From the IMG/VR virus record IMGVR_UViG_3300042275_000518, positions 64,001 through 128,000 of that record: a stretch of 64,000 nt of DNA; one strand, written 5' to 3'. Below the pieces are notes generated by a model. It saw only the letters and a list, made by a program, of their open reading frames with translations. It was not told the DNA's origin and did no database searches. A program made the position numbers and the translations under genes. Shown here piece after piece: positions 50,496-61,476 of the stretch. Numbering within the stretch: the stretch's first letter is position 1; the number at the start of each line of letters is the position of its first letter. Source of the DNA: a virus (lineage: Duplodnaviria > Caudoviricetes).

Positions 50496-51097
50496 GATCT
50501 TAGCCTTAAGAACAATTTTAATTCATCACTCATATTTTCAGGTTTAAGCCATGGATTTAAATCACGACTTAAAAACTTTGGGTCTAGCTTTCCGTTTAGA
50601 TTCATAAAGAGTTCTTCACTAATTGGGATTAGGGTTAAAGGCGAAAAGTCTGAAATCTTGTCTCGCATTTCTATAAAAAATGATTCTGAAAGTTTTTCAA
50701 TATTATTAGCAATAATTCTTTTTTGCTCCCCTTTGTCAAACTTAGAAAAATATATTTTAATAACTTCTTCGCTTAACCTACCATTTCTGGAAAGGTGAGA
50801 CCATTCAATATCGCTTTCAAAATCTTTAATAAACTCATAGCTTAGTAACGAATTAAAAGATACAATTTCCCAAAACCTTTTTTTAGTTGATGTAGCATAT
50901 GAATCCTTATTATAAAATACTGCGCTAACTCTTATTAGGTCTTCACTAGCATTATAAAAGTCTTGTGCGCTTTTTCCACTAATGCCGTCAATACCATAAT
51001 CGGCTATATAATTTTGAATTCCTAGGATATTTTTAGCATCTATTTTTTCTTTGTGTCTCATCAGCTGTTTTCCTTTTTTATTATTCTTCCAAAACAA
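50492..51097 (-). CDS. Trp-repeat protein with C-terminal LxxRL motif
   Basis: WEIVS..LSYEFI, WSHLS..LSEE; ends SDELKLFLRLRS. Confidence 0.7.
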   Translation of the reverse strand: MFWKNNKKGKQLMRHKEKIDAKNILGIQNYIADYGIDGISGKSAQDFYNASEDLIRVSAVFYNKDSYATSTKKRFWEIVSFNSLLSYEFIKDFESDIEWSHLSRNGRLSEEVIKIYFSKFDKGEQKRIIANNIEKLSESFFIEMRDKISDFSPLTLIPISEELFMNLNGKLDPKFLSRDLNPWLKPENMSDELKLFLRLRS

Positions 51098-51129
51098 GTT
51101 AATCCCTCCCTTTAATAAAAAAGAAGGAC

Positions 51130-51645
51130 TTATTGTCCTTCTTTTTGTTGTTTTTCTTCAAATCTTCTTTGAGCTTCTTCAGCTTCTCTTTTTTGTTTTC
51201 TGAATTCTCTTTTTGCTAAACGTTTTTCTTTTCTTTTTTGACGTTTCTCAGCGCGTTTAGGCGCACCTTTTTTCCATATCGTAATAATTGGAATTCTAGA
51301 GTAGATTATAGTTCTTTCAATAAATAGAACATACACTAAAAATACACCCAGTACAATATATGCAATAAGTTTATCATGTTTAAATAATTCATATTTATCT
51401 GTCAAAATAAAGAATACTATTAAAAGTATAAGCAATGCTATGCTTGCTATACCTTTAAAAAATCGCTTAGTAGAAAGGTTTTTAATAACACTGAGACCAT
51501 TTGTTTGGTCTCCTCTATTGTTAACACTTTTTTCTTCTTCTTCAACTGCCTTAATTTCATAAAAATGGCTAAGAATGATAGTTGTAAATACACTACCAAG
51601 TAAGAAGAATAGTGAATACAATATAACTAAGTCTACTGTAAACAT
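51130..51645 (-). CDS. membrane protein
   Basis: three TM helices, charged tail. Confidence 0.7.
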   Translation of the reverse strand: MFTVDLVILYSLFFLLGSVFTTIILSHFYEIKAVEEEEKSVNNRGDQTNGLSVIKNLSTKRFFKGIASIALLILLIVFFILTDKYELFKHDKLIAYIVLGVFLVYVLFIERTIIYSRIPIITIWKKGAPKRAEKRQKRKEKRLAKREFRKQKREAEEAQRRFEEKQQKEGQ

Positions 51646-51661
51646 ATTTTCCTCCTCGGAA

Positions 51662-52144
51662 TTATTCTTTAATAATAATTCCTAAATCTACTAAAATTTC
51701 TAAAACTGTTTCTACATTGTAGTATGAGATTGCATTTATCCATTGTTCCATTGACATATCAATTCGATAACCATCAATTTCTACACTACTGTATTCATGA
51801 TCTAAAAAAAGCTGATTCTTCTGATCAATATAACCAATATTAAGATATGTAATATAAATAGACTGTTCGTTTTCTGCTTCAGAAACTTCAAAATCAAGCA
51901 TTGCAAGTTTTCCTTCACTTGCATAGTCTACCATTAACATATCATAAGTAGGTTCATACATAACAATTGAACCGCGACCAGCGATTTCAACACCATCGTA
52001 ATCTTCTCCTGCATAGTCTTCATCCGCATAGTCTAACTGCATCGAAGAGATCATCGTTTTTAATTCATCAATGTCTCTACTGCCGCATGCGGATAATGAT
52101 AATACGAAAAGAAGTGTTAATACAAAAATAACTAGTTTTTTCAT
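51662..52144 (-). CDS. lipoprotein
   Basis: MKK-hydrophobic-LSAC lipobox. Confidence 0.75.
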   Translation of the reverse strand: MKKLVIFVLTLLFVLSLSACGSRDIDELKTMISSMQLDYADEDYAGEDYDGVEIAGRGSIVMYEPTYDMLMVDYASEGKLAMLDFEVSEAENEQSIYITYLNIGYIDQKNQLFLDHEYSSVEIDGYRIDMSMEQWINAISYYNVETVLEILVDLGIIIKE

Positions 52145-52173
52145 ATTTTTCTCCTTATAAGTAAGATGAGGAA

Positions 52174-53829
52174 TTATTCCTCATCTTTTTTTATATGTTT
52201 TTGCTCTGCAAAGAAATTATCATATAATTTAACAAATGGTGTAAGTGTTCCAGAGATACCCGGATCCGATGCACTACTTGCAACTAAACTTAACCTTCCA
52301 ACATAACTTGGATGAATATCTCTTTGATTTACAGAAACAATTTTGTTAATACTTTGTGGACCTCTAAATGTATATTTCAATAAGCAACTGTATAGATTCA
52401 TTTCATTTGTCGAATTATAATATCTTAATAATTCGTTAACGACAGTCTTTTTAATAATATACATAGGTTTAAGATTCGAAAATATTCTGTTCAGAATCAA
52501 TTTAGATCTTGTTGGTGAATTTAATACACGATAGATTTGATCTGAGAAATATTTTCTAAGTGGATATAGTTGATATTCGTAAAGTCGAATTCTCTTGTTT
52601 TCCAAATCTTGATTATCTTCTTGAGTCAACTCATCGAAATTTTTCAACATATATTTGATAACAGATAAAGTATTTTGTTTGTCTTCATCTGCAATATTTA
52701 AAATCTTACGAGTTGCATCGTCCATAAGTCGATCTAGTGAGATCAACATAGTTTTAATCTTATTGAACTTTTTAATTGGATCGTTATTAGTTGTAAAGAA
52801 CTTGGATAGTTTATCAATCCAGAAGTTAGGACTGTTGAAGTCATCGGCTGTAAACCAGATTCTTCCATCTTTACCTTTTAACTTCATATCTGCAAGACTT
52901 CCTAAAACCATCATAAGATTTTGATCTCGATTTTTTAGTTTTTCAGAATCAACAGATATATAAGTTGAAACAACTTTCTTATCCTTTAACAATTTTAATA
53001 CAGTTCTTCCTTCTTCTAACAAATCATTTGGTTCATCTGAAACTTTAATATCAACTCCAAAGAATTTATTCATCTTGCCAAGAAGGGTCGCGTCTTTATA
53101 ATCTTGACGTTTTCTAATGATATCAGGATCTTTCTGATCTGGATATGCAACTACAAGTGAATTATAGGCATACTTTCCTAGTACATAAAGAACTGGACTA
53201 ATTCTTTTTGAGAATAGAAGTAAATCATATACTGGTAGATCATCAAATGTTTCTGTACTATCAAAGAAATTTTCAATAGTATATCCTGTTTGTCTACGCA
53301 TAACCGTGATTGGCATAAGTAGACTTTTTAGCGAAACTGCATCTCTTGTACCATATGTTGAATTGTCAACAATCTGATAAATCAAAAAGTATCTAATTCC
53401 TTCATTAATATAGAAAGAGTTATCTATTAGTTTGTTAATATACAGATCTTTTTCAATAATGAAAGAGTCATTATCGGCAAGTTCTTCTTTATCATCAAAT
53501 TTACTCATATCGATATTTTCGAAATCATCAGGAAGTATCGGTTTTAAGACACTTTCCTTAGATGGAGTAATTTTAATTTTATAGTGAATTTTATTAAGAC
53601 GACTTGGAAGAATTGGTTTATAATATCTGCCATTATTCACAACTGGCAGAAAATTGCTTTCGTCTGTATCCAAACGAATATCAAGGATTTCGATTTCGTT
53701 CAAAATTTCTAGTGCTTTGAAGATATCTTTAATGTATTCTAAAATATCATCATCATTTCTAGATAAGATGAAATCTTCATTGAATTTTTCTTTATTTTGT
53801 TGTGAGTAAGCTTGTAAGTACTTGTACAT
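52174..53829 (-). CDS. RNA polymerase beta-like subunit, N-terminal part
   Basis: FYINEG.RY..IYQIVD; RDIHPSYVGRL....SSASDPGISG.LTP. Confidence 0.85.
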   Translation of the reverse strand: MYKYLQAYSQQNKEKFNEDFILSRNDDDILEYIKDIFKALEILNEIEILDIRLDTDESNFLPVVNNGRYYKPILPSRLNKIHYKIKITPSKESVLKPILPDDFENIDMSKFDDKEELADNDSFIIEKDLYINKLIDNSFYINEGIRYFLIYQIVDNSTYGTRDAVSLKSLLMPITVMRRQTGYTIENFFDSTETFDDLPVYDLLLFSKRISPVLYVLGKYAYNSLVVAYPDQKDPDIIRKRQDYKDATLLGKMNKFFGVDIKVSDEPNDLLEEGRTVLKLLKDKKVVSTYISVDSEKLKNRDQNLMMVLGSLADMKLKGKDGRIWFTADDFNSPNFWIDKLSKFFTTNNDPIKKFNKIKTMLISLDRLMDDATRKILNIADEDKQNTLSVIKYMLKNFDELTQEDNQDLENKRIRLYEYQLYPLRKYFSDQIYRVLNSPTRSKLILNRIFSNLKPMYIIKKTVVNELLRYYNSTNEMNLYSCLLKYTFRGPQSINKIVSVNQRDIHPSYVGRLSLVASSASDPGISGTLTPFVKLYDNFFAEQKHIKKDEE

Positions 53830-53835
53830 GTTGTT

Positions 53836-55206
53836 CTACACCTCTTCTTCGTCAGTTTTTGTAGTAGTTACTTTCCCTCGATCTTCTAATTCTTGAATTT
53901 TTTCATCAGATATTAGATTATATTGTTTTAGCGTTGATTCAAAATTCTTGATTAATCGAAGAATTTTTCCACTATAATCAACCATTGTTGCATGTGCAAG
54001 CTGACCTTGTAATTTCTTCAAATTAAATGTAACTTCACCAATGTACAACTTATGAATTTTAACCCTAAGGTTTCTATAAAACTTTCTATTGATTGTCATT
54101 TCATCATTATGATTTATAGTGACACCAGTTATATGTCTTCTAGCTCCTGACATTCCATGAGATTTATCAGCATTTAAACTGAAATCATCAATCATTTCAT
54201 ATCTATTGAATGCTAAATTAAATAATGCTGTGATGAAGTCCTTCGAAATGAATCTATCAGACGAGAACGCCATATCATCAGCATAAACTGAGAATTCCAT
54301 ATCATAACCGTTCGTAATATTTTTAATATATTGAACTGGTTTACTAATAATAACATTTGCAAGTGTACCAGAAATCGGATTTCCAATAAACAAAGCATCT
54401 GTGTCTTTATCCAGAATAGTATCTAGAAAATCATTTTGTAGCACTTCTTTATTCGGCGAATTCTTGAAAAACATTTTTAAATATTTCTCTACATATTCTC
54501 TTTTACATGAAGGGAAAAAGTCTTTTAAGTCAACTTTGTACATATATTTCTTTTCAATATGTCGTTGTGCATTGTTTACAATATTTTTACCTTTTTTGTA
54601 TGCAACTTGAAAATCGCTGTTTCTTTTATCGTAAATATATTGCAGCATTTTATTAAAGTCTTTTAAAGGTCCTTTAATTTCTTCATGTGGGGCGGTAATA
54701 TCTCTAAACTTAAGAGGTTTTCCTTTTTGAGTTTTCTTTTTGATTTTAAACTTGTTAAATACTATTTCTCCCCGATGTTTCAAGTCTGCGTTTACAAACA
54801 ACGTTTCAAGAATCGGAGCTGCGGTAATAAAATTAAAATGGTTCTGGTGATTACCAATAATTACCCTCCCAGAATTATCCTCAATACCAAAGTATTTTTT
54901 GATTGCATCTGCAATTCCGTCATGTTCCATTTTGTAAAACGCTACAAGTTTATTATCAAACATCATTTCTTTTACTGCTACCATAAGATAATCATCTGAT
55001 AGAAATAAATAATAATATTTTTCAGTTTTACTGAATGTCTCTTTTTTCAATTTTTTTAATAAGTCTCTGTAAGTTTCGACTTTTTGTTTTTCGCAATTTT
55101 CAAGAAGCTTTTCTTGATTAAGCTCTCCAAAATTTTGATCAATAAAATCTACTTTTCCATCTTCGTAGACTACTGCTTGTTTGTCTTCATAGTTAAAGCG
55201 TAACAC
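53836..55206 (-). CDS. retron-type reverse transcriptase with ~150-aa N-terminal extension
   Basis: R.ITAP...K, NAQRH (retron region X), DLKDFFPS, GNPISGTLAN, YADD, ITG (region Y-like). Confidence 0.85.
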   Translation of the reverse strand: MLRFNYEDKQAVVYEDGKVDFIDQNFGELNQEKLLENCEKQKVETYRDLLKKLKKETFSKTEKYYYLFLSDDYLMVAVKEMMFDNKLVAFYKMEHDGIADAIKKYFGIEDNSGRVIIGNHQNHFNFITAAPILETLFVNADLKHRGEIVFNKFKIKKKTQKGKPLKFRDITAPHEEIKGPLKDFNKMLQYIYDKRNSDFQVAYKKGKNIVNNAQRHIEKKYMYKVDLKDFFPSCKREYVEKYLKMFFKNSPNKEVLQNDFLDTILDKDTDALFIGNPISGTLANVIISKPVQYIKNITNGYDMEFSVYADDMAFSSDRFISKDFITALFNLAFNRYEMIDDFSLNADKSHGMSGARRHITGVTINHNDEMTINRKFYRNLRVKIHKLYIGEVTFNLKKLQGQLAHATMVDYSGKILRLIKNFESTLKQYNLISDEKIQELEDRGKVTTTKTDEEEV

Positions 55207-55459
55207 TTTCTATTAACTCCTTTTTGTCGTTTATTTTTGTGATTTTTATGTGTTGCTCATTTTCAAATTTATTGTCTAAAACAATAATCTCTCCAATATT
55301 TATATCAGGATCTGTCCATACTGCTAAATGTACATCTTCATCTTTCAATGAAAGTAAAAAATTGTCTATAACTTTGTTCATATTTTCTTCATAGAACTCT
55401 TTACAAACTAATGTATCATTTTTAATGTACTCAATTTCAACCGTAAATTTGTTCTCCAT
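55193..55459 (-). CDS. hypothetical protein overlapping the RT start
   Basis: ATG (MENKF) after AGGAGG; 14-nt overlap with RT. Confidence 0.65.
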   Translation of the reverse strand: MENKFTVEIEYIKNDTLVCKEFYEENMNKVIDNFLLSLKDEDVHLAVWTDPDINIGEIIVLDNKFENEQHIKITKINDKKELIESVTL

Positions 55460-55590
55460 GTATCCTCCTAATATTTTTTTAATGAAGAGAGGGAAGGTGG
55501 TAAGCCCTCCGGAATATCGCCACAATACTCTTTTTCCTCTCTATTATATAAAAAGCTGGGACTATCAATCCCAGCCTTTTTAACTATTTT

Positions 55591-56256
55591 TTATTGTTTA
55601 TTGTTTCCTGGTCGTTTCTTATTTTTGTTGAACACTTTTACTTTGCTGTTATCTGTTATTTTCTTAGTGGATGTTATATCAAATCCAAGGTCTCTTAGTA
55701 TTTTATGATTGCTTGTTTTATAAACATGCTTCCTTGAATTATAAGAATCAAATATGTGAGAAATTTTTGAAGGTGTAAAGCCTGGATCAAATGCGTCCCC
55801 GGCTTCAATCTTCGTAATATTATTTCTCAATGATTCATATAAGATAAAATATTTTCCATAATTTCTATAGCTGACTTTCTCTGATGGGAATCGACTGGCA
55901 ATCGTCTCCGACTTATTCAAAGATACTCGCATAGTTCCGAGCAGATAATAATCAAACGAAGTATTGTGTACAAAGAATATAAACTCTCCATACGGAGAAT
56001 TCTTTTTATTAGACTTTTTAGGTATTTCGAACACGTCATATTTGTTATCCAGAACGAAACAGGACCCGCCTGTTCTTGTATTATACGAAGTATTATTTCC
56101 TGTCATATTATGTCCTGACGTGTCATATGCTGTCATATTAAACAAATCATACTGATGAACTGGAATTCCTTCATATTCTGCGATTTCTGTTACAACTTCA
56201 CGTATTCTTCTAAAATGTGCTCTTTGGTGTAATGGTATATCATTATTCTTACCCAT
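55591..56256 (-). CDS. hypothetical protein
   Basis: 221 aa, RBS, downstream terminator. Confidence 0.7.
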   Translation of the reverse strand: MGKNNDIPLHQRAHFRRIREVVTEIAEYEGIPVHQYDLFNMTAYDTSGHNMTGNNTSYNTRTGGSCFVLDNKYDVFEIPKKSNKKNSPYGEFIFFVHNTSFDYYLLGTMRVSLNKSETIASRFPSEKVSYRNYGKYFILYESLRNNITKIEAGDAFDPGFTPSKISHIFDSYNSRKHVYKTSNHKILRDLGFDITSTKKITDNSKVKVFNKNKKRPGNNKQ

Positions 56257-56284
56257 AATAATATTCCTTCCTTTCGTATTGCAG

Positions 56285-59200
56285 CTAGTCTTCTAAACTT
56301 AAATCAAGAATATTTAAATATTTTTCTAATATCTGTCTATTCATAGATTGGTCTCGATTAAGCTGAATATCTAAATTTAGTGGTGTTTTATGCGTTAATA
56401 GATCTTCAATTAAACTATGTCTATTCTCTTCAGCTGTCGAATAAGATTTCAATAGTTTCTCTACAAGATCTCCTCTTTTTGGTCTCTTTTGTTGCGAATC
56501 AAGCCTTTTCTTGACCCTTCTTTATATTTCTATAAAGGACAGACTATATCTTCATCCTATAAGGATGCACTGCGCTTCGATTTTAAGGATTTTAAAATCT
56601 ACTCGGTTAAACTCATCGCCGATAGTCGTTGAAGTTAATTAATCTATATATTTTCAAATGTGACCAGCCGAACTTTTTGTTCTACCTCGACAACAATTTG
56701 TTATACATGATGAATTTACTAAATTAAAAAATTCTGCTGCCTCTTGAACTGAATTAAATACTTTTGTTTTGTCTCCAGTTTCTATATTATAGCCGATAAC
56801 TTTTTTCCCTTTAATATTTTTCATACGTTCAGATATCTTTCTTTTAGTTTCTTGTTTCATAATAATACCGGTATGAGATATTCTATTTTTTTCAATAGCA
56901 CTCTCAGTTCTTTTCTTTCCAGTATTAGCCTTTGAAATTTTCTCTTTAGTTTTATTAGAAACCAAATGCCCTTTTCCTCTATTTGGAAATTTTCTCCCTG
57001 TAAGAGAAGCTGATATCTTTTTTTTATGTTCATCTGATAAAGGTCTTCCTTTTCTTGAAAGATTTATTTTTTTCATTCTTTCAGAATATTCTGCTTTAAC
57101 CTCTTCATTTAAAATTAAAGGATTCTCTCCACCTAAAGTCTTATTATAACCTCTAGATTTATCAAAAGTTTTATACATATTTATATAATATGTTTCTTTA
57201 GTAAGTGCATCACTTAGAGCTAGTGACTCTTCAATGATTTCACTATCAAAACTATTCCAGCCATATTTTTTTATTGCAGCAAAGAAATGTTTATTCCTAG
57301 TATAACCCCAACCACTTTTAGTTCGATCTTTTAATTCTTGTTGTGTTATACCAATATAAACTTTTCCATTTATAGAATTTGTATGTTTATAAACTTTATA
57401 ATTATTAAGATTTTCCATATAGATCAACTCCTTAATAATTTGTTCTAAAAATTTATTATTAATTTAGCAACTTCCATTTGATTAAATAACCTGCTGATTG
57501 CCCAATCTTTCAGATTTTCAAACCTTCACGATTACCTTTGCAGGTTGCGTTGTGGTTCTGAAAGCTCTAAGGGGTTTCCAGCAATTCACAGTGTTCTCAA
57601 TTATATATTACTATATAACGTGACTAAAATTAATCATTAAATTTGTTACTTCCATCTCGCCAAGTCTCAATGGCGTCTGTGACACTAAAATCTTTTTCTG
57701 TTTCTTCAATGTTGATTTTGAAGGTAAATTCTTAATATTGTTTAAACCAGTTGCACGAATTGATGTCTTATTAGCAGTTTCATGTTTAAGCCTGATAAAG
57801 TACATGTCACCCATAACCATTGATTTTTCAATATTTTTGAATTTATACTTTTCTACAAGATGCGGGAACTTTTTATAGATTTCCACGAAATCATCCATAT
57901 CTGCATTTTCCATATACGGACTTTGATGGATATAAATACCATTCTCGATAATATCTTTAAAGAAATCTTCTTTTTCAGATCTATTCATCATAATATATTC
58001 CATATCTAAGAAATCATATTGTTCTTTATTTACAAGTTTAAGGAATCCGAAGAATTCATCTTCCATCTCAAACAAGTCATCTTGTTTCTCTTTAAGACTT
58101 TTAACAAGGTTTTCACACATAAATGTAATGTGCTGCTCAATAATTTGAGCTAAGTTAAGTCTATTTAATACACCTAATGGATTTAGAATTGCTTCTACCT
58201 TGACTCCGTCTTCGGTTTCTGGCATTTCATCATCAGGTAATATCATTGAAATTGTACCTTTATTACCATATCGACCTGTAAGCTTAGCCCCAGGTGTCAC
58301 TGGATTTTCTTTCAATATTGTAAACTGAATCTTGAAACTATCAAAAGTTTTTCCTTCATGTCTCCAATAAATCTTTTCATTAATTTCCTCATGAGTTTTC
58401 TTCCACCAGTACGCTAATTCATCAGTATATTTATTTGGATTATCTTCACGAAGCACTGGATGTTTAATCAACATTCCATATTTCTTAATTTCTTCTTTTT
58501 CTTCATCTTCTGTCATGATTTTGACTGGGATGATTTTTTCTAGTTCTTCTGCAAGGGTTTTATAATAATTATATTGCCCTTCATAAACCTCAATTATTTC
58601 TCTTGTGAATTCATTTTCTTTTTCTTTAAGACGTCCAAGTGGAATGTTACTGAAAATGTCAATATCAACAACTTCTCCGCCACCTGTATAGATAACAGTG
58701 TCATCAAGATTGTCAATTTCACGTAGTCTTTCACTTTGGAAATCAAATAGAATTCTGTCATGTTGAATTCTTCGGATGGCTGCCAAAATTCGATTATCAA
58801 TTACATCCCCAACACGTGGAAATGATTTATAATAATATTCGCCACCATAAAGGTTGATCAAAATATCATTACTATTGATTGAGAAAATTGTTTGCTCAAC
58901 TTTATACGCATCTAATTTCTTAGCTGCGCTTTCACTGATTACAACGCCATCCTCGTAAGTAAGATTCTTATAAGGTAAAAACACAGATTTCAGATTTACG
59001 CCATATGAGAAGTTTTTCTGGTCATCGTAGTTTGTTGAACGATAAACATAATCTCCTTTATGAATAGTGTCACCAATAGTTTTATCAGAAACACAATCTT
59101 CAAGCGCATAACCATAATCTTCTGTAATATTCACGGCGCGTCTATAATGTAAAATATCATAGACTTTTGAAGAACGATATTGAACTATAAGGTCATAGTT

Positions 59201-59803
59201 ATATTTATTCTTTGAAACCTTAGCAATAATATCGAAATCTTCTTTTGCTTCTTTATACGCCACACTATATTTACCAACTTGATTTTCAAAGTTTGTAAAC
59301 ACGCGTGGAAATTCTGGTTTTACTAAATGAATAAACTGATTAATATGATTTGCGAACATATTAATTCTTTGCGTCGATTTTGTTACGATAGAATTCGCTA
59401 TTTTCTACCTTCTTTATATTTCTATAAAGTCCAGACTATATCTTCACCCAATCTTCATTGGGGTTCTGCATTTCGAGTCGCTTGACTCTACTTCCTTATG
59501 GAATAGTCGTTGAACTACTTGTAATCTTTATAAATACTACCATTATACTTCCATAAATAATTTTTTACAAATAGCTGCGGATTGCCCAATCTCTTGCCTT
59601 TTTACCATCTCTCCAACGTTACTCTTCGATTAACAGGTAGCTAAGAGCTCTAAGGGGTTTCCCGCAATTAACAGAATTTTTCACATTAATTACTTAACGC
59701 GGTGACTATGCAATTAATCACTATTGTTTACTCTTGGGACTAATAATTCCTCACTCATAAAGAAATGAGGATTTTCCTTGTTGTTTTCAAAATTATAATA
59801 CAT
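56285..59803 (-). CDS. RNA polymerase beta-like subunit, C-terminal part; exons 59803-59717, 59374-~57633, ~56484-56285
   Basis: SD|TQRINMF, TYEDGVVISES, GAKLTGRYGNKG, NPLGVLNRLN, YFIRLKH, RLGEME. Confidence 0.9.
56485..57632 (-). mobile_element. group I intron carrying a GIY-YIG endonuclease (boundaries +/-2 nt)
   Basis: P/Q/R/S-type elements; frame resumes as ..PKRGDLVEKLL. Confidence 0.85.
56639..57418 (-). CDS. GIY-YIG homing endonuclease with NUMOD3/NUMOD1 repeats; TGA at 56656-56654
   Basis: VYKHTN..NGKVYIGIT, GYN.T.GG, S.E.K.KIS repeats; SAGHI-TGA-KYID fits the NUMOD1 G..W.Y end. Confidence 0.85.
59375..59716 (-). mobile_element. group I intron (no ORF) in the RNAP beta gene
   Basis: U|...G| boundaries, conserved core elements. 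Confidence 0.9.
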
Positions 59804-59838
59804 CTGATCTCTCCTTGTTGTTTCGGATCATAGAAATA

Positions 59839-60498
59839 CTATTCTGTTGGATCCTCTTTTTCTTTATCAATGTTTTGTTGTTCCATTATACTATTTACTA
59901 ATTCTTCCGTTCTCTGATTAATTTTTTCTAAAAGTTGACTCAATGGTTTTGTATCATCTAATAAATCAATTTCATATCGTTCAAAATATAATTCTCTTAC
60001 AGGAATAACTATTTCAAGTATATCAATGATAACTTGCATTCCATTGTCGAGATCAATCGATTCGCAGATTTCAATTAATTCTTCTAATAATGACGAAATA
60101 ATTTCCTTGTCTTCTTTTACATCAACATCTTTCATAATCGCTAAGATTGTAAGATATGCTGATATTTTTGAAAACAGAACTCCTTCATCCTTCATTAAAA
60201 TGATTTTCTCTTTAACTTCTTCAAGAGTAATTTCTTCATGTACAAGTCTTTCAAGATAACCATCTATTTGTTTTTGAACTTCCTTGAGTTGATGACCATA
60301 TTTGACTGGAAGCAAGATATCAAATAGAGTATCATTACTTCGGGTTTCAAATAGATGGGCCGCTAACTCAGGAGTAAACATTTCAAGAAGTTTCTCATCT
60401 TGAACGATTTGCAATAAAGTTTCTTCGGTCCAATCTTCATATTGTCCCAACAGTTTTTCTAATTCTTGTAAATTTGATATCATAGTTTCTCCTCTCAA
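59839..60498 (-). CDS. hypothetical helical protein
   Basis: ~214 aa, directly upstream of RNAP beta. Confidence 0.7.
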   Translation of the reverse strand: MRGETMISNLQELEKLLGQYEDWTEETLLQIVQDEKLLEMFTPELAAHLFETRSNDTLFDILLPVKYGHQLKEVQKQIDGYLERLVHEEITLEEVKEKIILMKDEGVLFSKISAYLTILAIMKDVDVKEDKEIISSLLEELIEICESIDLDNGMQVIIDILEIVIPVRELYFERYEIDLLDDTKPLSQLLEKINQRTEELVNSIMEQQNIDKEKEDPTE

Positions 60499-60556
60499 AT
60501 ATGAAAATAAAGAAGAATCACTTGGATTCTTCTTTTATTTTTTAATCATCTCTTTC

Positions 60557-60841
60557 TTAAGCTTGTTCAGTTTCCTCAGCAGGTGCTTGAGGTGCTTGTT
60601 GTTGTGCTACATCTTGATAGAATTTTGCAACTCCATTATAACCTGCAACAAATGCTGCATCTTGAATTCTCTTAAGTTTTACTTTTTCAGAAACATCTAC
60701 AACGTCGTCATAAATTTTATCTGTTGTAATCGCTTCTACTCCTTCAAATGCTTCGCTGTTGTCAGCCACATCTACTGATCCGTCTGTGTTACGAGTAACT
60801 GTGTAAGAGTATAATACTTTTTTTTCTTGTTGTTCTGCCAT
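60557..60841 (-). CDS. hypothetical protein
   Basis: 94 aa, AGGAG RBS. Confidence 0.7.
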   Translation of the reverse strand: MAEQQEKKVLYSYTVTRNTDGSVDVADNSEAFEGVEAITTDKIYDDVVDVSEKVKLKRIQDAAFVAGYNGVAKFYQDVAQQQAPQAPAEETEQA

Positions 60842-60981
60842 GTTGTTTTTCTCTCCTTTTTGAATGTCGTAAATGAGTTCATTTACGCAATGTTATAATA
60901 TATTTTTTAGACAATTTTTAATCTAAAAGATTATATTTAATCTTTTAATTTTTAACAATAAAAGCGGAAAATTAATTCCGC

Positions 60982-61476
60982 TTACTGTAACTTTCTTAAT
61001 AATTTGTAAGATGGAAAATCATCTAAATTATAGTGATCTTCAATACTAAATGTATATTCTCTTTCTGCTTTTTCAATATCCACAGCAATTTCTGTAAGAT
61101 ATTCATCTGTTAACATTCTGAAACCAGTATGCGTAATGACATCTGTAATTGCCATAAGATATTTATCATAGTCGTCTTCTTTCATTGTTTCTAAAACAAT
61201 CACAAAGCTTTCAAAAGAAAGTTTTCTATGATTCTTATTAAAATTTTGGTGTGGTGAAGCAAAAGTAGAACTCATTAAACCATCCCAAGTAACACCATTA
61301 TACTGCAAGTATGTTGATGATGTTGATGTGGTAAGAGGAATTGTAACATAATTACTACTGTTACTGCTTATAGTATCTGTCAGTTCTGTTAAACTTTCTA
61401 ATAGTTCATCTGCTAATACGTCATTATCTCCATCAGTATCTCCAAAATTACTTAGTTTATTCTTCTCCGGCCACAT
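60982..61476 (-). CDS. hypothetical protein with C-terminal LxxKL motif
   Basis: likely start MWPEK; ends FPSYKLLRKLQ. Confidence 0.6.
   Translation of the reverse strand: MWPEKNKLSNFGDTDGDNDVLADELLESLTELTDTISSNSSNYVTIPLTTSTSSTYLQYNGVTWDGLMSSTFASPHQNFNKNHRKLSFESFVIVLETMKEDDYDKYLMAITDVITHTGFRMLTDEYLTEIAVDIEKAEREYTFSIEDHYNLDDFPSYKLLRKLQ

Noticed and set aside
53836-55206. RT as a group II intron or DGR component
   Set aside because: No domain V/VI-like RNA, maturase/HNH region or TR/VR repeat pair seen; NAxxH and ITG motifs point to retron type.
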